The notes below the pieces were generated by a model that had not been told where the DNA came from, did no database searches, and was given only the letters and a program-made list of their open reading frames with translations. Positions 14,277-27,072 of a stretch of DNA of 64,000 nt are shown here, piece by piece; position 1 is the first letter of the stretch, and each line of letters begins with the position of its first letter. Source of the DNA: Monocercomonoides exilis PA203 (Eukaryota > Protista > Preaxostyla); assembly GCA_001643675.2 (NCBI GenBank), contig LSRY02000037.1, forward strand, positions 620,001-684,000. Direction: 5' to 3'. A program made the position numbers and the translations under genes.

Positions 14277-16880
14277 TTGAAGTATTTTCTTGTTTTTTTT
14301 TATCAAGAAAAAAATAAATACGCAGTTTTGAAAATAGCAAGTGTTAATTACAATGAAACAAATGTTCACAGCAAAGTCGCTTTGTTAAAAACTGTGTGCC
14401 ATGAATACAGCTTCCAGCAACTGAAGGAATTCGGATTCGATTTATCACTTGGAAAATACCATCATGCAAAGCAGCACAGCTCAGATTGCAATTTTATCAT
14501 TGAAAAAGTATCCAAGCCTCCTATACTGCCTTCTAGATCCAGTATTTAATTCATTTAATGTATTATTTCTATCTTTTGAATTATTTCTTAATTTTTTTTT
14601 ACATTTTTTAGAATTTAGCGAAAATGATGAATTGACAATCCAAAAGTTTTTATTAGAGAACTCAACAGAATCACCAGAATGTGTGAGAGGAGTTAATAAG
14701 TTAAAAAAAGTTTGTCTTTCTTTATCACATATGCATTTGATATTGAACCTTCAAAAAAAGAATAAACTTTTAATTATGATGATGATTTTTCTATCATCAG
14801 AAGTGATGATTGCATGGAACCTGATATAGATCCTTTGAATAATTTCTTCACCACCAACGAGGAAAGTTGTGAAATAACTTCTTTTCATCAACCATCATAA
14901 AAAACAAAAAGTGTTGAAATATGAATGGAGGAAGATGTGGATCTGCTTATAAACGACGAACAAATAAATTGCAATTTGCCTGGATGCAGTTCTTCGAGAT
15001 TCATATCTTCAACTATTTCCATGCTTCTGATTGCCGCCTATAAGCCAACATTCTCAAGTGAACAAATATTCCAAAACATCATGGAGGATACGGATCATTC
15101 ATCCAATTCGAATTAATATCAAAATGAAATTATTTCATCTCCAATAATTATCGATGATGAGATTGAAATCATTTCCGAAATGGGAGAAGAAGACGAATTG
15201 AGTGAAAAATGCATGTTTTCTTTATTAGAAAACAACGGATACACTTGTTGTTTGTCGTCTCTTATTCAAATTTTTCGAACAATTTACAATGCTTGTTTAA
15301 AAATGAATATTCGGAGAGGAAAAATTGGATCTTTGGTTCGCCAGTTACATTCAATCGTTTAAAATGATTCCACAATCTTCAAAAGAGACTGCAAACGGCA
15401 GTTTAGTGAATGGAATAAAAGCTTTGTTTCCAACTTGTTCAAAAAACATAACCTGATGCTTGGAGAGCAGCAAGAATTTTGCAAAGTATTTCTGTCTGTT
15501 TTTCAAGAATTATCTTCAGTCACTCCAGAGTTAACGAACAAAATGAATGCAAAGATCTAATTTTCAAGAAAATGCTCGATATGTCAATCTGAAATCGGTG
15601 GAGCATTTGAGATGACTCCATTAATTCGACTTCATAATTGTGATATAATTAACAATCTGAATAATCACATGTTTAATCAATCAGACGAAATGAATGTCTG
15701 CGAGGCGTTTTGCGAAAAATGCAATAGGAACACATTTCAGTCAACATATTTTGACATCAAATCATTTCCAGATATTATTTCTTTTTCGATCGAACCTTTC
15801 GAACATTCACAAAATATGAATTATCCAATACACAAGCTCATTTCTTTCTTTTCGATTTCTGGAAAACTTAAAGTCAAAAGCAAATATGACACCGAATCGA
15901 AAAACTACACGTTATTAGCGATATTGTTTCACACCGGAAACACAGATGTGGGACATTTCTATAGCATTTGCAGAAATAATCACAATTTCGAACAGGATGA
16001 AAATCAACCAAAAGGAAAGTGGTTCATATGCAATGATAACATTATATCTTTGATAGAAAGCGATTTTTCAACAACAGCCAAAAACAATTTGTATAATAAT
16101 GGTATTCCTATAATGTTGATTTACAAGAATGTCAATTAATTTTCGGAAAGTACTTTAATTTCTCCTCTCTCTCCTAATTTGTTGATATCTCCTGAATACA
16201 TCCCTGGACAGAACAACAACAATCCACATTCAGTGAATCTCTATACAGAATCTCAATCCGGAAATAATTCCTCTTCACATCAACAACAAACTTGTTTTGA
16301 ATCATGCGATACTCCAACCATGAATCAAATACATTCATTGTCTCCTTGTCCACTTCATTCTGCGAATGCTGCAACCAAATCTCCTCAAGTCACTTGTCAA
16401 AGCAAATCCTATCCAACAGCATTCAATTCTCATGCAGATGTCTCTTCAAAGCCGATTACAACCCCGACAAATTCACTTCATTTGGGTCAATCAAATTGCA
16501 AGAAATCAACCTTGGTGGGACGTGTAAATAAAACTGTTGAAAGTCAAGCACTTTTCATTCAACGAAAAAAACCTTCAAATCTACTTCATAATCCTTCTGA
16601 AGCTTCATTTCCATCAACTCAAGCAATCAACTCATCTGCAGCCAATTCCATTTCAAGTTCAACTTCTTCTTCCGAATCGAATTCGATCTCTTCTTCACTA
16701 AATAATCAAACAAATAACGAAATTATTTTCAACTCCGATCAGAATAATGCGATGAGGCAATCCACATTGGATGAATCAATAAATGACTTTCATTTGACAA
16801 CAAATGGGTCATTCTTTTTGAAAAGTCGCAAACGTTTAACTGATCTGAAAATCAGATCAAAAATGATCAAAAAATGTTGA
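14277..16880 (+). mobile_element. Decayed Sola-like transposase 5' part carrying an in-frame USP deubiquitinase domain
   Basis: The N-terminus (VFF..KNK..LKEFGFDLSLGKYHHAK, GT-AG intron 14542-14611, then FSE...FLLENS) aligns with the copy at 27.4-27.8 kb. The 3' end (SFFLKSRKRLTD) resembles the start of the core of the 28.3-kb copy (TFLFLAKEKRLID). ORFs 14925, 15180, 15612 and 16179 share one frame. Confidence 0.65.
15180..16139 (+). pseudogene. Ubiquitin-specific protease (peptidase C19/UCH) domain
   Basis: Cys box LENNGYTCCLSSLIQ, QQE motif (GEQQEFCKVF), two CxxC finger motifs (CSIC, CEKC), His box YTLLAILFHTG...GHFYS, WFICND, and terminal MLIYK. Interrupted by in-frame TAA at 15360 and 15558. 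Confidence 0.85.
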
Positions 16881-17414
16881 TCATTCCGTTACCATTATAT
16901 ATTGCAAAAAATTATTCTATTGAGTTTTATCACCTATCCCCAAATATTGCGTTTCATTGAAACAAATTTCATATATTATTTTTACTGTTTAATCATATTT
17001 ATGTTATTAAATATTATTGTCTTGTTTTTTTGAAGCAACTGAATAATTTGTTTATATTTCTATGTTTTCATTTCAACTGTTCGTATTACACGTTTTGATT
17101 TTTTGAACAGAAACTCCTTTTCAATTATTTTCCTATGTTAAATAACAGATAGATTTTCACTTGTTTTAATTTGAATATTTTGAAAAGAAATTATTAAATA
17201 GGAAATTTTCATCTATTCTTTCCTCATTGAAATTAATAAAAATTCAAAAAGTTGTTAATATTGAGCAGTTATTAAGGTTATAAGAAATAAATGAAGAATA
17301 ACTTGTAATTTCTCAAAATTAAATGTTCTTTTATATAAAATTCGAAAGAGAAATGGTCTCTCATGTTTTGAATTAAATCATGAGTCAGATCTTTAAAAGC
17401 TTTCAAATACTCAT

Positions 17415-20400
17415 TTGCTTTTTTGCTCATCTTTTTCTTCTCATTTCAATTCCCTTCCAAAAGAAATCTTGTTCCTTCTTTTCCATCAAATCAAGAAAGA
17501 TGAGATTTCGGTGATGATTGACGTTTCTAATTTGAACATGGATCTTGTGTTTGTGCCACGAAAGACACTGAAATTTTGTGTGATGAGTTGCATCAAAAAG
17601 CTTCTTGTGGGAGTGGAAGCGATTCAGTTGTCTCTTCGCTCAGCGCCTTTGTCTTCTTCGTCTTCTTCGAGTGGAGCAGCACGCAGATCTTCTTTTCCAT
17701 TCCGTAATCCAATAAGCGAAGAGAAGAAGGTGACAGAAAATGCTCAGTTATTTGCATCTTCGTCTGCAGGTGCAATTTACCCTTCAGATGCCTCGAAGGT
17801 GGAGGCTTCATAAACGCTTGAAGCAGCATCGATGAATGGAATCGAGAGGAGGCTGAGGATTGTTGTGAAGAAAACAGCTGAGCTGCAAATGCTGCATGGT
17901 TATGAGGATGTAGCTGCTCCTGTCGCTGAGGATGTTGTATATGCTGCGAGGTTTCAGTGTTGGCTTTCAGTGCTCTGCTGAAGAGAACGTGCTGTGTCCG
18001 TTCAATGTGAAATATTTTTCATTAAACTTCTGGCTCTGCTCCCGTTTCTTGAGGACTTACCGAGAAAGATGTCGTCGAAGAAGCCGATATAAACAGCTGT
18101 GGATGTGGATGCGTTCCTGCAAAACTGCAATCCGCCTGATCCATCGCTGGCTCCATTGGCCATTGAATGGCTGTCGAACCGATAGAAGCAGTCGAGGCAT
18201 GCGGAGTGATGAAGCTGTGCAACAAAATGAGGATGTGAATGGTTGCAGTGAATGAAGCGGGAGAGATTGTGGAAAAGGCGCTGGAGGCGGTGGGACAGAG
18301 GGGCCGATGATGGAAGATGTGGTTCTGTCGCCTGCAGCGATTGTGCTGAATTTGCAGGAAGAAAGAAAAGAAGAAGAAGAAGTTGGAAAAGGAAAAGGAG
18401 GCGAAGCGACTGGGCGGGCTGGCAGAGCAGCTGCAGGAGAAGAACAATATCTTCTTTTTCTTCAGGATTATTTCGAAGCTAAGCTAGATGTTCAATGCAG
18501 AGGTGAAGCAGGTGAAGGAGATGCATGAACAGCTGGTAGCAATGAAGGAGAAGAATGAACTTTTGGATGCGGTGATAATGAAGGAAAAGTTTAGATTGCA
18601 GCATGACGAAGTTGTGGGTGTGGACAGCGCTGTTACTCTCGTGAGATCGGGATTGAAGCTTGCCACGTCTTCTTCGTCGGTTTCTGTGTGTGGAAGGATG
18701 GCTCCGTCTTCAGCTTAGTTGATCTTGCCTTCGGGGCTGCGTGAAAAGCACCACGAGAAGTTTTCCTCGAGTATCGGAGATGGTAGTGCTGTGATGCTTG
18801 GCCCGAATCCAAGCTTGAAGGAGCTTTCTGTGAAAGTGCAGAGTCTGGCAAGTGTAGCGAGAGAGGCAAATTGTGGTGATGGAGGAGGAGACTGAAGTGA
18901 AGGAACAAAGTCAGAGACAAGCAAGAGGTTGGAGAAGAACAGTGCTGAGGCCAGTGATGGTGGTGAATGTGGAGGAGGAGTGGATGAAACTGTGAGACAG
19001 AAGAGTAGCAAAATGGAGAATGAATAGAAGATGCTAATTGCGTTGTCGAAATTGCAGAAGCAGATGATAAGCATGCAGAAGGCGCTGTTCAATGAGGTGA
19101 TTGTAAAGCAGCAGATGTCGTTTGCGCAAAAGAAGCAGGAATAGATGAATATTTAAGCTTCGTTTGAAGAGGTTACTTAATGAACTCCCGGAAAGGTGAA
19201 GAAGCTGGAAGAACATGTGGTGCAAGTGGACTTTGGCGGGATCAGGGAAGGCGTGGCAGAGGAGAAAGGGGAGAGAGAGATGGATGAAGGAAGAAGGAGG
19301 AAGAGGAACAGAAGTTAAGGTGTTGAATACGAGGAAGAAGAGGAGTGTGAAAAGGCAGCAGAAAGAAATGCAAGCGCGCAGTAGGGGATTCCGCTGCATC
19401 AGCATAATGATCCGAAGAGAGAGAGGGGGATGATTGGATGTAAACTGTGGTTCAAACAGTGGCAAAGAAAAATGAAGGGAAGGCGAATGTTGTGCAGTGA
19501 CTGTTCATGCTTCTTGAGCATATGACAGACAGCAGAGAACGTGAAGAGTCGGAGTGGCTTGTGACTTCGCCTGGTGGATCGGTAGCAGGGCTGTCTGGGG
19601 CAGATGAAGCGTTTGTTGAAGTTGCTGAAGATAGGTCTGCAGTCGTAGCTAGTGTGGAAGCTGATGTAGATTCTGTAGATATTCGGATACAAGATCGCAA
19701 CAGACTAGGGCGGGAGCGGAGAGGCAGGGGTTTGGGGAGTTTGCGTTCATGTGGCTGGGGGAGAAGCAAGCCGTGCAGAAGAAGAGCGAAGCTGTGCTGT
19801 GGGCGAGGATGAATGGGGAAGAACTGTTCCGGATGGACTTTGCAGAGATGAAGCTGTTTGAGAAATTTGTGCGGAAAGAGTAAATTTGAGGTGAATTGTG
19901 GTTTTCCTGATAATTGAATGGTGTTAGAAGAGGTGTAGGAGAAGAAATTAAAATGTCTTTTGGTTGTTTGATGGGATACAATCTGAGAAGACGTATGCAG
20001 ATGCGTCTATGTTTATGGTGTTTCTACTGAATAACTTCAGGGAAGAAGCAGCTTCCTGATATTTGCGTTGAAGTTGACCGGTGAGAGCCTCTATCGCGGT
20101 CTTTGAATTATGTGATTGTGAAGTCGGCAAGAGGTGTTGGTCAACTTGGAGTAGGATTTTCATGCAGTATCGAATGTGATGTGGGAATGTTTTGGGTTGA
20201 AGCTGCATGTGCAGGTTGTACAGTCGGTGGAAGAGAAGAAAGAAGAGCGGTAGGCGCTGTTTCATATTGCGCGGCTGCTTGAAGGGATGGTGATGCTGCA
20301 GCTGTGGAGGATGTGCAGTCGATGGTGAAGAAAAAAGAAGGACAGTGTGTGCTTGTGCACTTCGTGAGAGATGAAGTTACACAAGAAAATGGCATTGTAG
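17415..20400 (+). pseudogene. Degraded GC-richer hypothetical gene with coiled-coil segments
   Basis: Elevated GC and coding-like fragments (EVKQVKEMHEQLVAMKEKNELL; KLQKQMISMQKALFNEVI) broken by many stops and frameshifts. No family recognised. Confidence 0.35.
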
Positions 20401-20829
20401 ATGGAGTGAAAAAAATTTTTCAATTATTCATCAACATCTGTTTCTTCATTGCTGTTGAAAACAAATACTGAATGGAAAGTGATGAAATTAAGCAATGCGC
20501 TCCGATCATTTGGTTGATATTGGATATGATCAACCATCAAATTTCCAAAACAATATTTTCATCAGCGTTTTTATCTCGTCGTAACCTTCTTCTTTTCCCT
20601 CTTTTCCTTCTTTCTTCAATGATATTCGATCATTTTTGGAGAATTTGAGAGAAGAAGGAGTTAGAAGAAGAACAGGAGGAGGAAGAGGAAGAGGATGAGG
20701 AAGAGGAAGAAGAAGAAGAGGAAGAAGAAGTTAAAAGAATTGAAGCTACTTACGAATTCCTTGAGCAATTCTTGAATGATGAGCTTCCAATGGAAACTGT
20801 TCCTGAAGTTGAGCTGTTAATCACAAGGA

Positions 20830-21590
20830 CACAGCATAAGGACATCTTCACTCTATCTGAAACAACTCAAATAAATACAATCCTTCCACAATTGCTAAGT
20901 TTGAATTAATAAGTGGTTGATGCAATTTATTTCAGTTTCATGCTTGTAATTTCTATCTCATTTCCATTTAGCAGAAAAGATGGCTTCTTGAATGAATGGA
21001 ACGTTATTGTGTAGTTGTCAACATGAAGAATTCCATTTTCTATCTTCAGCAACATTGAATTGAGAGCAATAGGCTGAATCATATCTGCTTCACAAACAGA
21101 AGAAACGTTTTCAAATGAAAGAAAGAGCTGGCCATTTGCTTTTTGAATGATTAAACTTCCAGAATAAGAAAAAAACCGAACAAAGTTGAATTTTACACTT
21201 TCGATCCGAACATTCTCTGAGGTTGCAATGAGATTTCCCATATTGCCATCGATTGTTGAGTTCAGATGCACTGAAGCAGCTGACTGAGATTGCAACGAGT
21301 GGAAAATCACATCCTTCGCTTAGCATTCCCCGTTCACGATTGTTTCCTCCGAAACAAACAGCTGAGAATACGATGAAGGAATAATGTGTTGCACTCCCTG
21401 ATTCAATGATCGACAAGGCATGTTGAACTCTCCTCATGGCTCGCTGTTTGTGTCATTACCTGCAACTGAAGAAACAAATATTGCATCGCTCTGGTATTTT
21501 TAACAACCCTCAACAAAAGATCTTCCTTCCTCACAAATGGGTCTAAAGTTCAGCCCCACATCGCCATTTATGTCATGTTAGGCTCTCCGT
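20830..21590 (-). pseudogene. Fragment of a large beta-rich surface-protein family
   Basis: Translation GND...PCRSLNQGVQHII..SQLFV...SENVRIESVKFNF...LLKIENGILHVDN, with stops and frameshifts. Resembles expanded oxymonad surface-protein repeats (recognition from memory, not a search). Confidence 0.5.
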
Positions 21591-22289
21591 TATAAGCTAC
21601 GAATTTGTCAAGTATAAAAAATGAATAATTTTACAACAATTATTAAATATAACATTTATATAAAAGCTAAATGAAAACCTTTTGATATGTATAATTTTCA
21701 TCTTTATCAAACTTGTGGGAGTAATTTACGCAAATTTTAAAATTCCAGGTACATTCTGTGCAAAAAAATTTTTTAATCAAATAAGAATTTGATTTATCTA
21801 CGAATCTCAGAATTTTGAAGATAGAAAATCGAAACACACCTTGATCATTTCATTGACAAACAATTGTAAAGTGTGTCAATCAAGTGAAACTCTTTTTCAT
21901 CGAAAAAATGATATTTAAATTTTGATCAAAAAAATTGATACATAATTTTTTGAAATAGAATATATCTTCTTATGAAGAAGTTTGTTATAAGCCAACAAAC
22001 ATCATTGTGAAAGTTCGATATTTTCATTTGTGTAATGGGAACGGAGTGTTTTATATTAACTTTCATGGGATGAATTTTTGATCTGTGGCGACTTTTCAAA
22101 AAGAATTACCCAAATAATTATTTTGAGCAATCAAATATTCCATATTCAATAATGGGCATACGAACGGAAACAAATATTGACCATTCACAGACTTTCACAT
22201 CACAGTTCGAACAAATAAACACAATACCAACTGAAAATTGTCATTCTTCTGGCTCCTGCGATAAATCTCCTCCATTGAATAATTAATTG

Positions 22290-23497
22290 CATAAAAAACA
22301 ATTGACTAGAATTATCAATGTGACAAAAAAGAAGCTATACGAGTCATTTCTGAAGCAAAACATCAAAATGTCTCTCAGCACATTTTACAAAAGGACAAGG
22401 CATTTGAAGCGTGCGAAGAGACGCTCGGACCTGTGTGACTTGTGCGAAAAATATCAGGCACTGTAAAAAAAAAGAAAAAGCTCTGAAGACAAAAAATGAA
22501 TGTCTTACTCCAAACGAATTATCAACAATGCAGTTAACAGAAAAGCATAAACTCTATGCGCGTAATCAGCAGAAGCATTTTCACAGTCTGAAAGATTCAT
22601 TGAAGAATGATAAAGCGCTGATCTTATTTGATTACAAAGAAAACTGGAGTGATTTAATCAGAAGAAATGCGAAAAGCAAAGATTTTTACGAAAAAAAGTA
22701 ATTTCACAGTTTTGTGTTGTTGCTGATTTGATTGATGCTGATGGCAACAGAAACAAGAATGTGTTCAACTATTTTTCAAATAATCTCTCGCACGATGATA
22801 GATTTGCAATTGAGTGTTTGTGTGAAACACTCATCGACTCTATATTCGATAAAATCACCTCATTCCATTTCATGTGCTGCACAGGTCCCCACTTCAGAAA
22901 TTCGTATGTCATGTTTTATCTGCTTTCTAATTCATCACCGTTGGTTCGTGGAAAGAGTTCAACTCTCTTTTTCTTTTGTGAAAAGCATGGAAAGTGTGAG
23001 AGTGATGGAGAATTTGGTTACCTTTCAAAGTGCTTGGAGAAGAATTTGGATCACGATACAGAAATTAAGAACGTTCAAGAATTGGTTGACTTTTTCAAGG
23101 AATATTCAAATCACAAAAGTTATTCTGTATTCAACAATGATGGAACAAAAGAAACATTATTTCGCCACTTTCAAATGTTTGTATTTTTTCATTTTTCATA
23201 TTGATATTTTTGCTTTTGTATTCTAATGATTTTCGATACAACGCCTCAGTCAAAGTTTTATGGAAGAGATTGAACATTTCGGAAATGAAAGCATATTTGT
23301 TTTATGAAAAAAGATGTTAGGATATTTTCCGTTCAATTGTGTCACCGTGGAATTCGAAAGAAACAAATAAAGTGAAGTTCGAAGTGAAATCATGCAGAGA
23401 TGAAAGAAAAAAATAAATTCCAGAAACTCAACAAGAGTTATTTAACAATTCCACTCGGAAGCTACACTTTTAACATGTTTAAAGAAAGAAGGAAATA
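22290..23497 (+). mobile_element. Sola-like DDD/E transposase core, pseudogene
   Basis: Motifs KKKLYE..SLSTFYK, RRSDLCDLC, ALILFDYKENW, SHDDRF, FMCCTGPHFRN and FFCEKHGKCESDGEFG, with frameshifts. The 3' end is interrupted by a MITE. The superfamily call is tentative. Confidence 0.7.
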
Positions 23498-23944
23498 CAG
23501 TCAAAACCGGATATAATCACATCGAATATAATCACATTCGTTTAAAATCACATTTTTCTATGTACACACATTTTTGGTCTATTGTTCATTCATTATCCTT
23601 CACGTATAATCACGGGACTAAAAATGTGTAATCACATTTTTTATGATTATGGGTGATTATTTCAATGAAAAATCGATTTTTTGATCAAATTTTACATTTT
23701 TTGATTTTTTTTAATAACGTAAAAACCAGATCAAATTATGTGTTTAAACAATGAAAACTATTTACGTAAGTGAAAAAAGTTATTTGTGACGAATTAAATA
23801 AAACCAAAAATCGACCCAATATAAATAATTTCCTAAATTTCTTTTTATTTTTTTCTGTGAAAAGCATCATTGTGTATAATCACAATCGGATATAGTCACA
23901 AAAAGTTGTGCAAAAACCGATATGATAAAATCCGGATTTGACTG
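23498..23944 (+). mobile_element. MITE family A (pogo/Tigger-type CAGT termini)
   Basis: TIRs CAGTCAAAACCGGAT...ATCCGGATTTGACTG, left TA flank, internal repeated (A)TAATCAC motifs. A second copy lies at 33665-34112. Confidence 0.85.
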
Positions 23945-24171
23945 AAATTGGAATGATTACATGAATTTGCTTAGAAAGAATTTATAAAACATTCTTTTAA
24001 AGGGTTTGCTGGAAAAATGTTTGAAAAACAATATCAAAAGCAATGCATTGAGAGTGTAAAATGAAAAAAAGTGTCTGTTGTCTCCAGTTATTCTTTTCAT
24101 TCTCGAGAAAATACGTTCACAACTTGCTTCGCTGCACTGTGATGAAACAAAAGAAAAACAAATATTCGAAT

Positions 24172-24447
24172 ATATGGGGGAAAATACGGACTTTCAAGCT
24201 TTTTGTGCACAAAGAATGAAAAAATGCTTTACTCATAACATTCTTAAACTTTATTAGTTTTCAAGATTTATTTGATTTTCAAATCTGTAAACAGGCATCA
24301 TTGAAATCAAAACAAAAAGTTTTCCAACATTTCACGAATGCTAAAAAATGGACCCAATTCTTATTGTGTTTTTTGATCTCAAAAAGTGCATCGAATATGC
24401 AAAATTTTTAAACAAAAATGTTTGAAGTGAAATATATTGCACCATAT
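24172..24447 (+). mobile_element. MITE family B (ATATGG...CCATAT ends)
   Basis: Imperfect TIRs ATATGGGGGAAAATA / ATATTGCACCATAT. Collinear in reverse with 42629-42903 (shared ggactttcaagctttt, tttccaacatttca, aaaaatggaccc, tttgatctcaaaaagt). Confidence 0.8.
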
Positions 24448-25161
24448 GTTCCATAAAAAATAAACATTCCAGATAAAAAAGCATATTTTGAAAATATGGA
24501 TGGAAAAAACAGATATCAACGAAATATATTGTTGATCTGAAATATTTTTTTCTTTTTTTTTTTAAAAGAGAATTATATATTAAAGGTTCATTTTTTTTTT
24601 CATTTGTGATATTTTGAAAAGCACATTATATAATAAAGACTTTTCAAAAAATAAAAGACGATTGGAAAATCTGTGAGATAAAAAGCTTGAACATTAAAAT
24701 CTGTTACGATTTATTGTATATTTGTATATGAAAAATGATTTTCAATTTGAAATTTTACGAAAGGATTTTTTTTAATACCAAAATTGTCAATATGACTGTT
24801 CAATAAAAATTATTGTTTTCAAGAATTAAAAAAACGTTTTTTATTGTTGGAACAAACATTATATGTTTTTACATGTCACTTTTCAATTTTTAATTTTTTA
24901 CGATAAATTTTAAAGGAAAAGAATGTTGAAAGTGTTGGAAAAATTTTTATTCAAAATTTCTGAATAATAAAGAAGACAATAATAGAAGCATTCACTTTTC
25001 CAACTCAGACTTGTTCCTTCACTGAGGAGATTAGGAAATAGCAAGGGGATTAATCATGTTCGAATTTGATCTAAAAGAAATTTCTTGATTATTATTTCAT
25101 TTCAAAAAAAATTTTTTTTAAAAAAAATAAAAATTTTATCATAATCAAAAAATTTTTTGAA

Positions 25162-26670
25162 ATGAGTGATGAAGAAAATAAAAAACAACAAGGATTAAAG
25201 AAAATCAGAAGTTTGATCAGATCTTTTCAATATCGCTATATTGAACGAAGATAAGAACGAGTTGCAACAATTATCGCTAATAAAGAAGCTCGGGTTTCTG
25301 ATGCTGCAAACATGAAGGAATTTACTCGCTCGGCAATTGATAGGGCAGTAACAGCTGTGGAAAAAAGAAGAAAGGCAGGAAAAATAGGAAGACTAGTTCT
25401 ATTCGAGTTGGAAGAAAAGAAAACGATATTTGGAGTGCTGAAAATAGAATGTGAAAGTGGGATAAGTCACAATGCAGCGTAAATGAGGAAATAAGTTTGT
25501 CACAATTTATTATTAGTTGTAATTAACTATTTTTTATAAATTCAGAAAAACACTTTATAAATGATAGGAAAAAAGACGACTGCGACGAAGAAGATGAAGC
25601 AGTCAACATTTCAAAAGCCCATCCATATCAATATACCAAAAGGAATACTGAACGAAAAGCTTCTCACCCTCGAAATGTCAACATCCAAAGGCTCTTTGCA
25701 TCGAATCAGCAAACTCTCCTTCCGTTTTGCACTCTTCTGCAAAACATTCATGATTAACATCATTATTCAAACTCTCTCATCTTCAATGTTGATGAATCTT
25801 CTCTCTGACTCTCTGATTCTTTCTCTTCTCTTGTTTTCCATCCTTCCGATATGCCTGTTGGTTTCTCCAAAATACCAATGAATATGCCAAATGCAACTCT
25901 CGTCGTTGCAGCTACAGCTGATGGCTGCTCCCAAAAAAGCGTCGTTCTGTGGCTTTGCAGAAAACTGCCGGATGAATTTCGACTTGTTTTGAGTTTGTAG
26001 TTGGATGTTTGGGGTGAAAATGAAGGCTGGATGACTGAAGTGCTTTAACTCAAGCACAATGAAGAAGTATTGCTTCCAGGGATCACGCAAAGAAGAGAAA
26101 CTTTGAAGAAGAGTGACGAACATTGCCTTCTCCTTCTTGATTCGCATTCTTCGAGAGCGCAGGCTGACTTATGGAACAATTTTGCTGATTCTTCAATTGA
26201 TGTCGTCACCTTTGTGTCCCACACCACTCATATCGCACAGATGTTGGATCGTGGAGTGTTTGCTGCTTTTTAAAAGACAATATAAGCTAATTATGAAGCG
26301 CCTTCTTCTTCTTCTGTTGTTTTGCGACGAGAAGCGCAAGCTGATGTGCTTCCACAAGCTTAACAAACTTCTTTGTTGCCTTCAACAATAAAATCATCAT
26401 TTGCGAAGAGCTTTGTTCTGTCACATCAGTGGCACGAAGTGTTAGCCAAGCTACCAAAAGAACCTTCAGTCACTCTGAAGAAAAGAACGAAAAGAATTGA
26501 TTATTATGGAGAATTTATCACCAATGAAGAATTTTTCTTTGAATGAAAAAAAAAAAAAAGTCAGAAAAGATTCAATAATTGAAGAAATAGAGAATGAAGA
26601 AATTGAAAAAGCTATATGTGAAGATGAAAAACCGAATTTTAAAAAGAACAATTCATTGAAATTGAAATGA
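25162..26670 (+). mobile_element. pogo/Tigger-like (DDE_1) transposase pseudogene
   Basis: N-terminal HTH-like region (FTRSAIDRA...KIGR), IFNVDES, NEGWMT, LLLLDSHSSR and HTTHIAQMLDRGVF. Stops, frameshifts and a probable intron near 25.5 kb. Confidence 0.85.
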
Positions 26671-27072
26671 TTTTTCAAAAAACAAAAAAAAAAAAATTAA
26701 ATAAAATAAAATTTGAAAAAATAAAAAGCTAAAAACATTTGAAGATAAGTTGATATTTGCTTGTTGAGCGTATTTATTTCCAATCATATAACGAAAACGA
26801 AATAAATACGAATTCCACGTTAATAAATAACGTATTTTCCAATTATCATTATCAAAACAATATTCATGTTGATACAAAAAACCTGTTTTCATTAAAAATG
26901 GTTCTGAGAAAGTCACAAAACAAAAAATTATTTTGTTGTCAAAAATAAATTTTTTAATAATTGAAGTGAACACATACGAAATTCTACGTTGTTCATTGCC
27001 AGAAGCGTTATTTAAACTATATTTTGTGTTTCATGATTTCCCTCTTTTTCAAATGAAGTTTTTATATGAAAG

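Noticed and set aside
9377-16880. TAA/TAG=Gln genetic code (known in some oxymonads), suggested by same-frame ORFs joined across TAA (10226; 14898, 15114, 15360, 15558, 16137) and ending at TGA
   Set aside because: Gln-rich stretches such as 16179-16880 use only CAA/CAG. In-frame TGA (14922, several in hAT and Merlin copies) and frameshifts are also common. AT-biased decay (CAA/GAA/AAA>TAA) explains the pattern. Codetta on conserved genes would be decisive.
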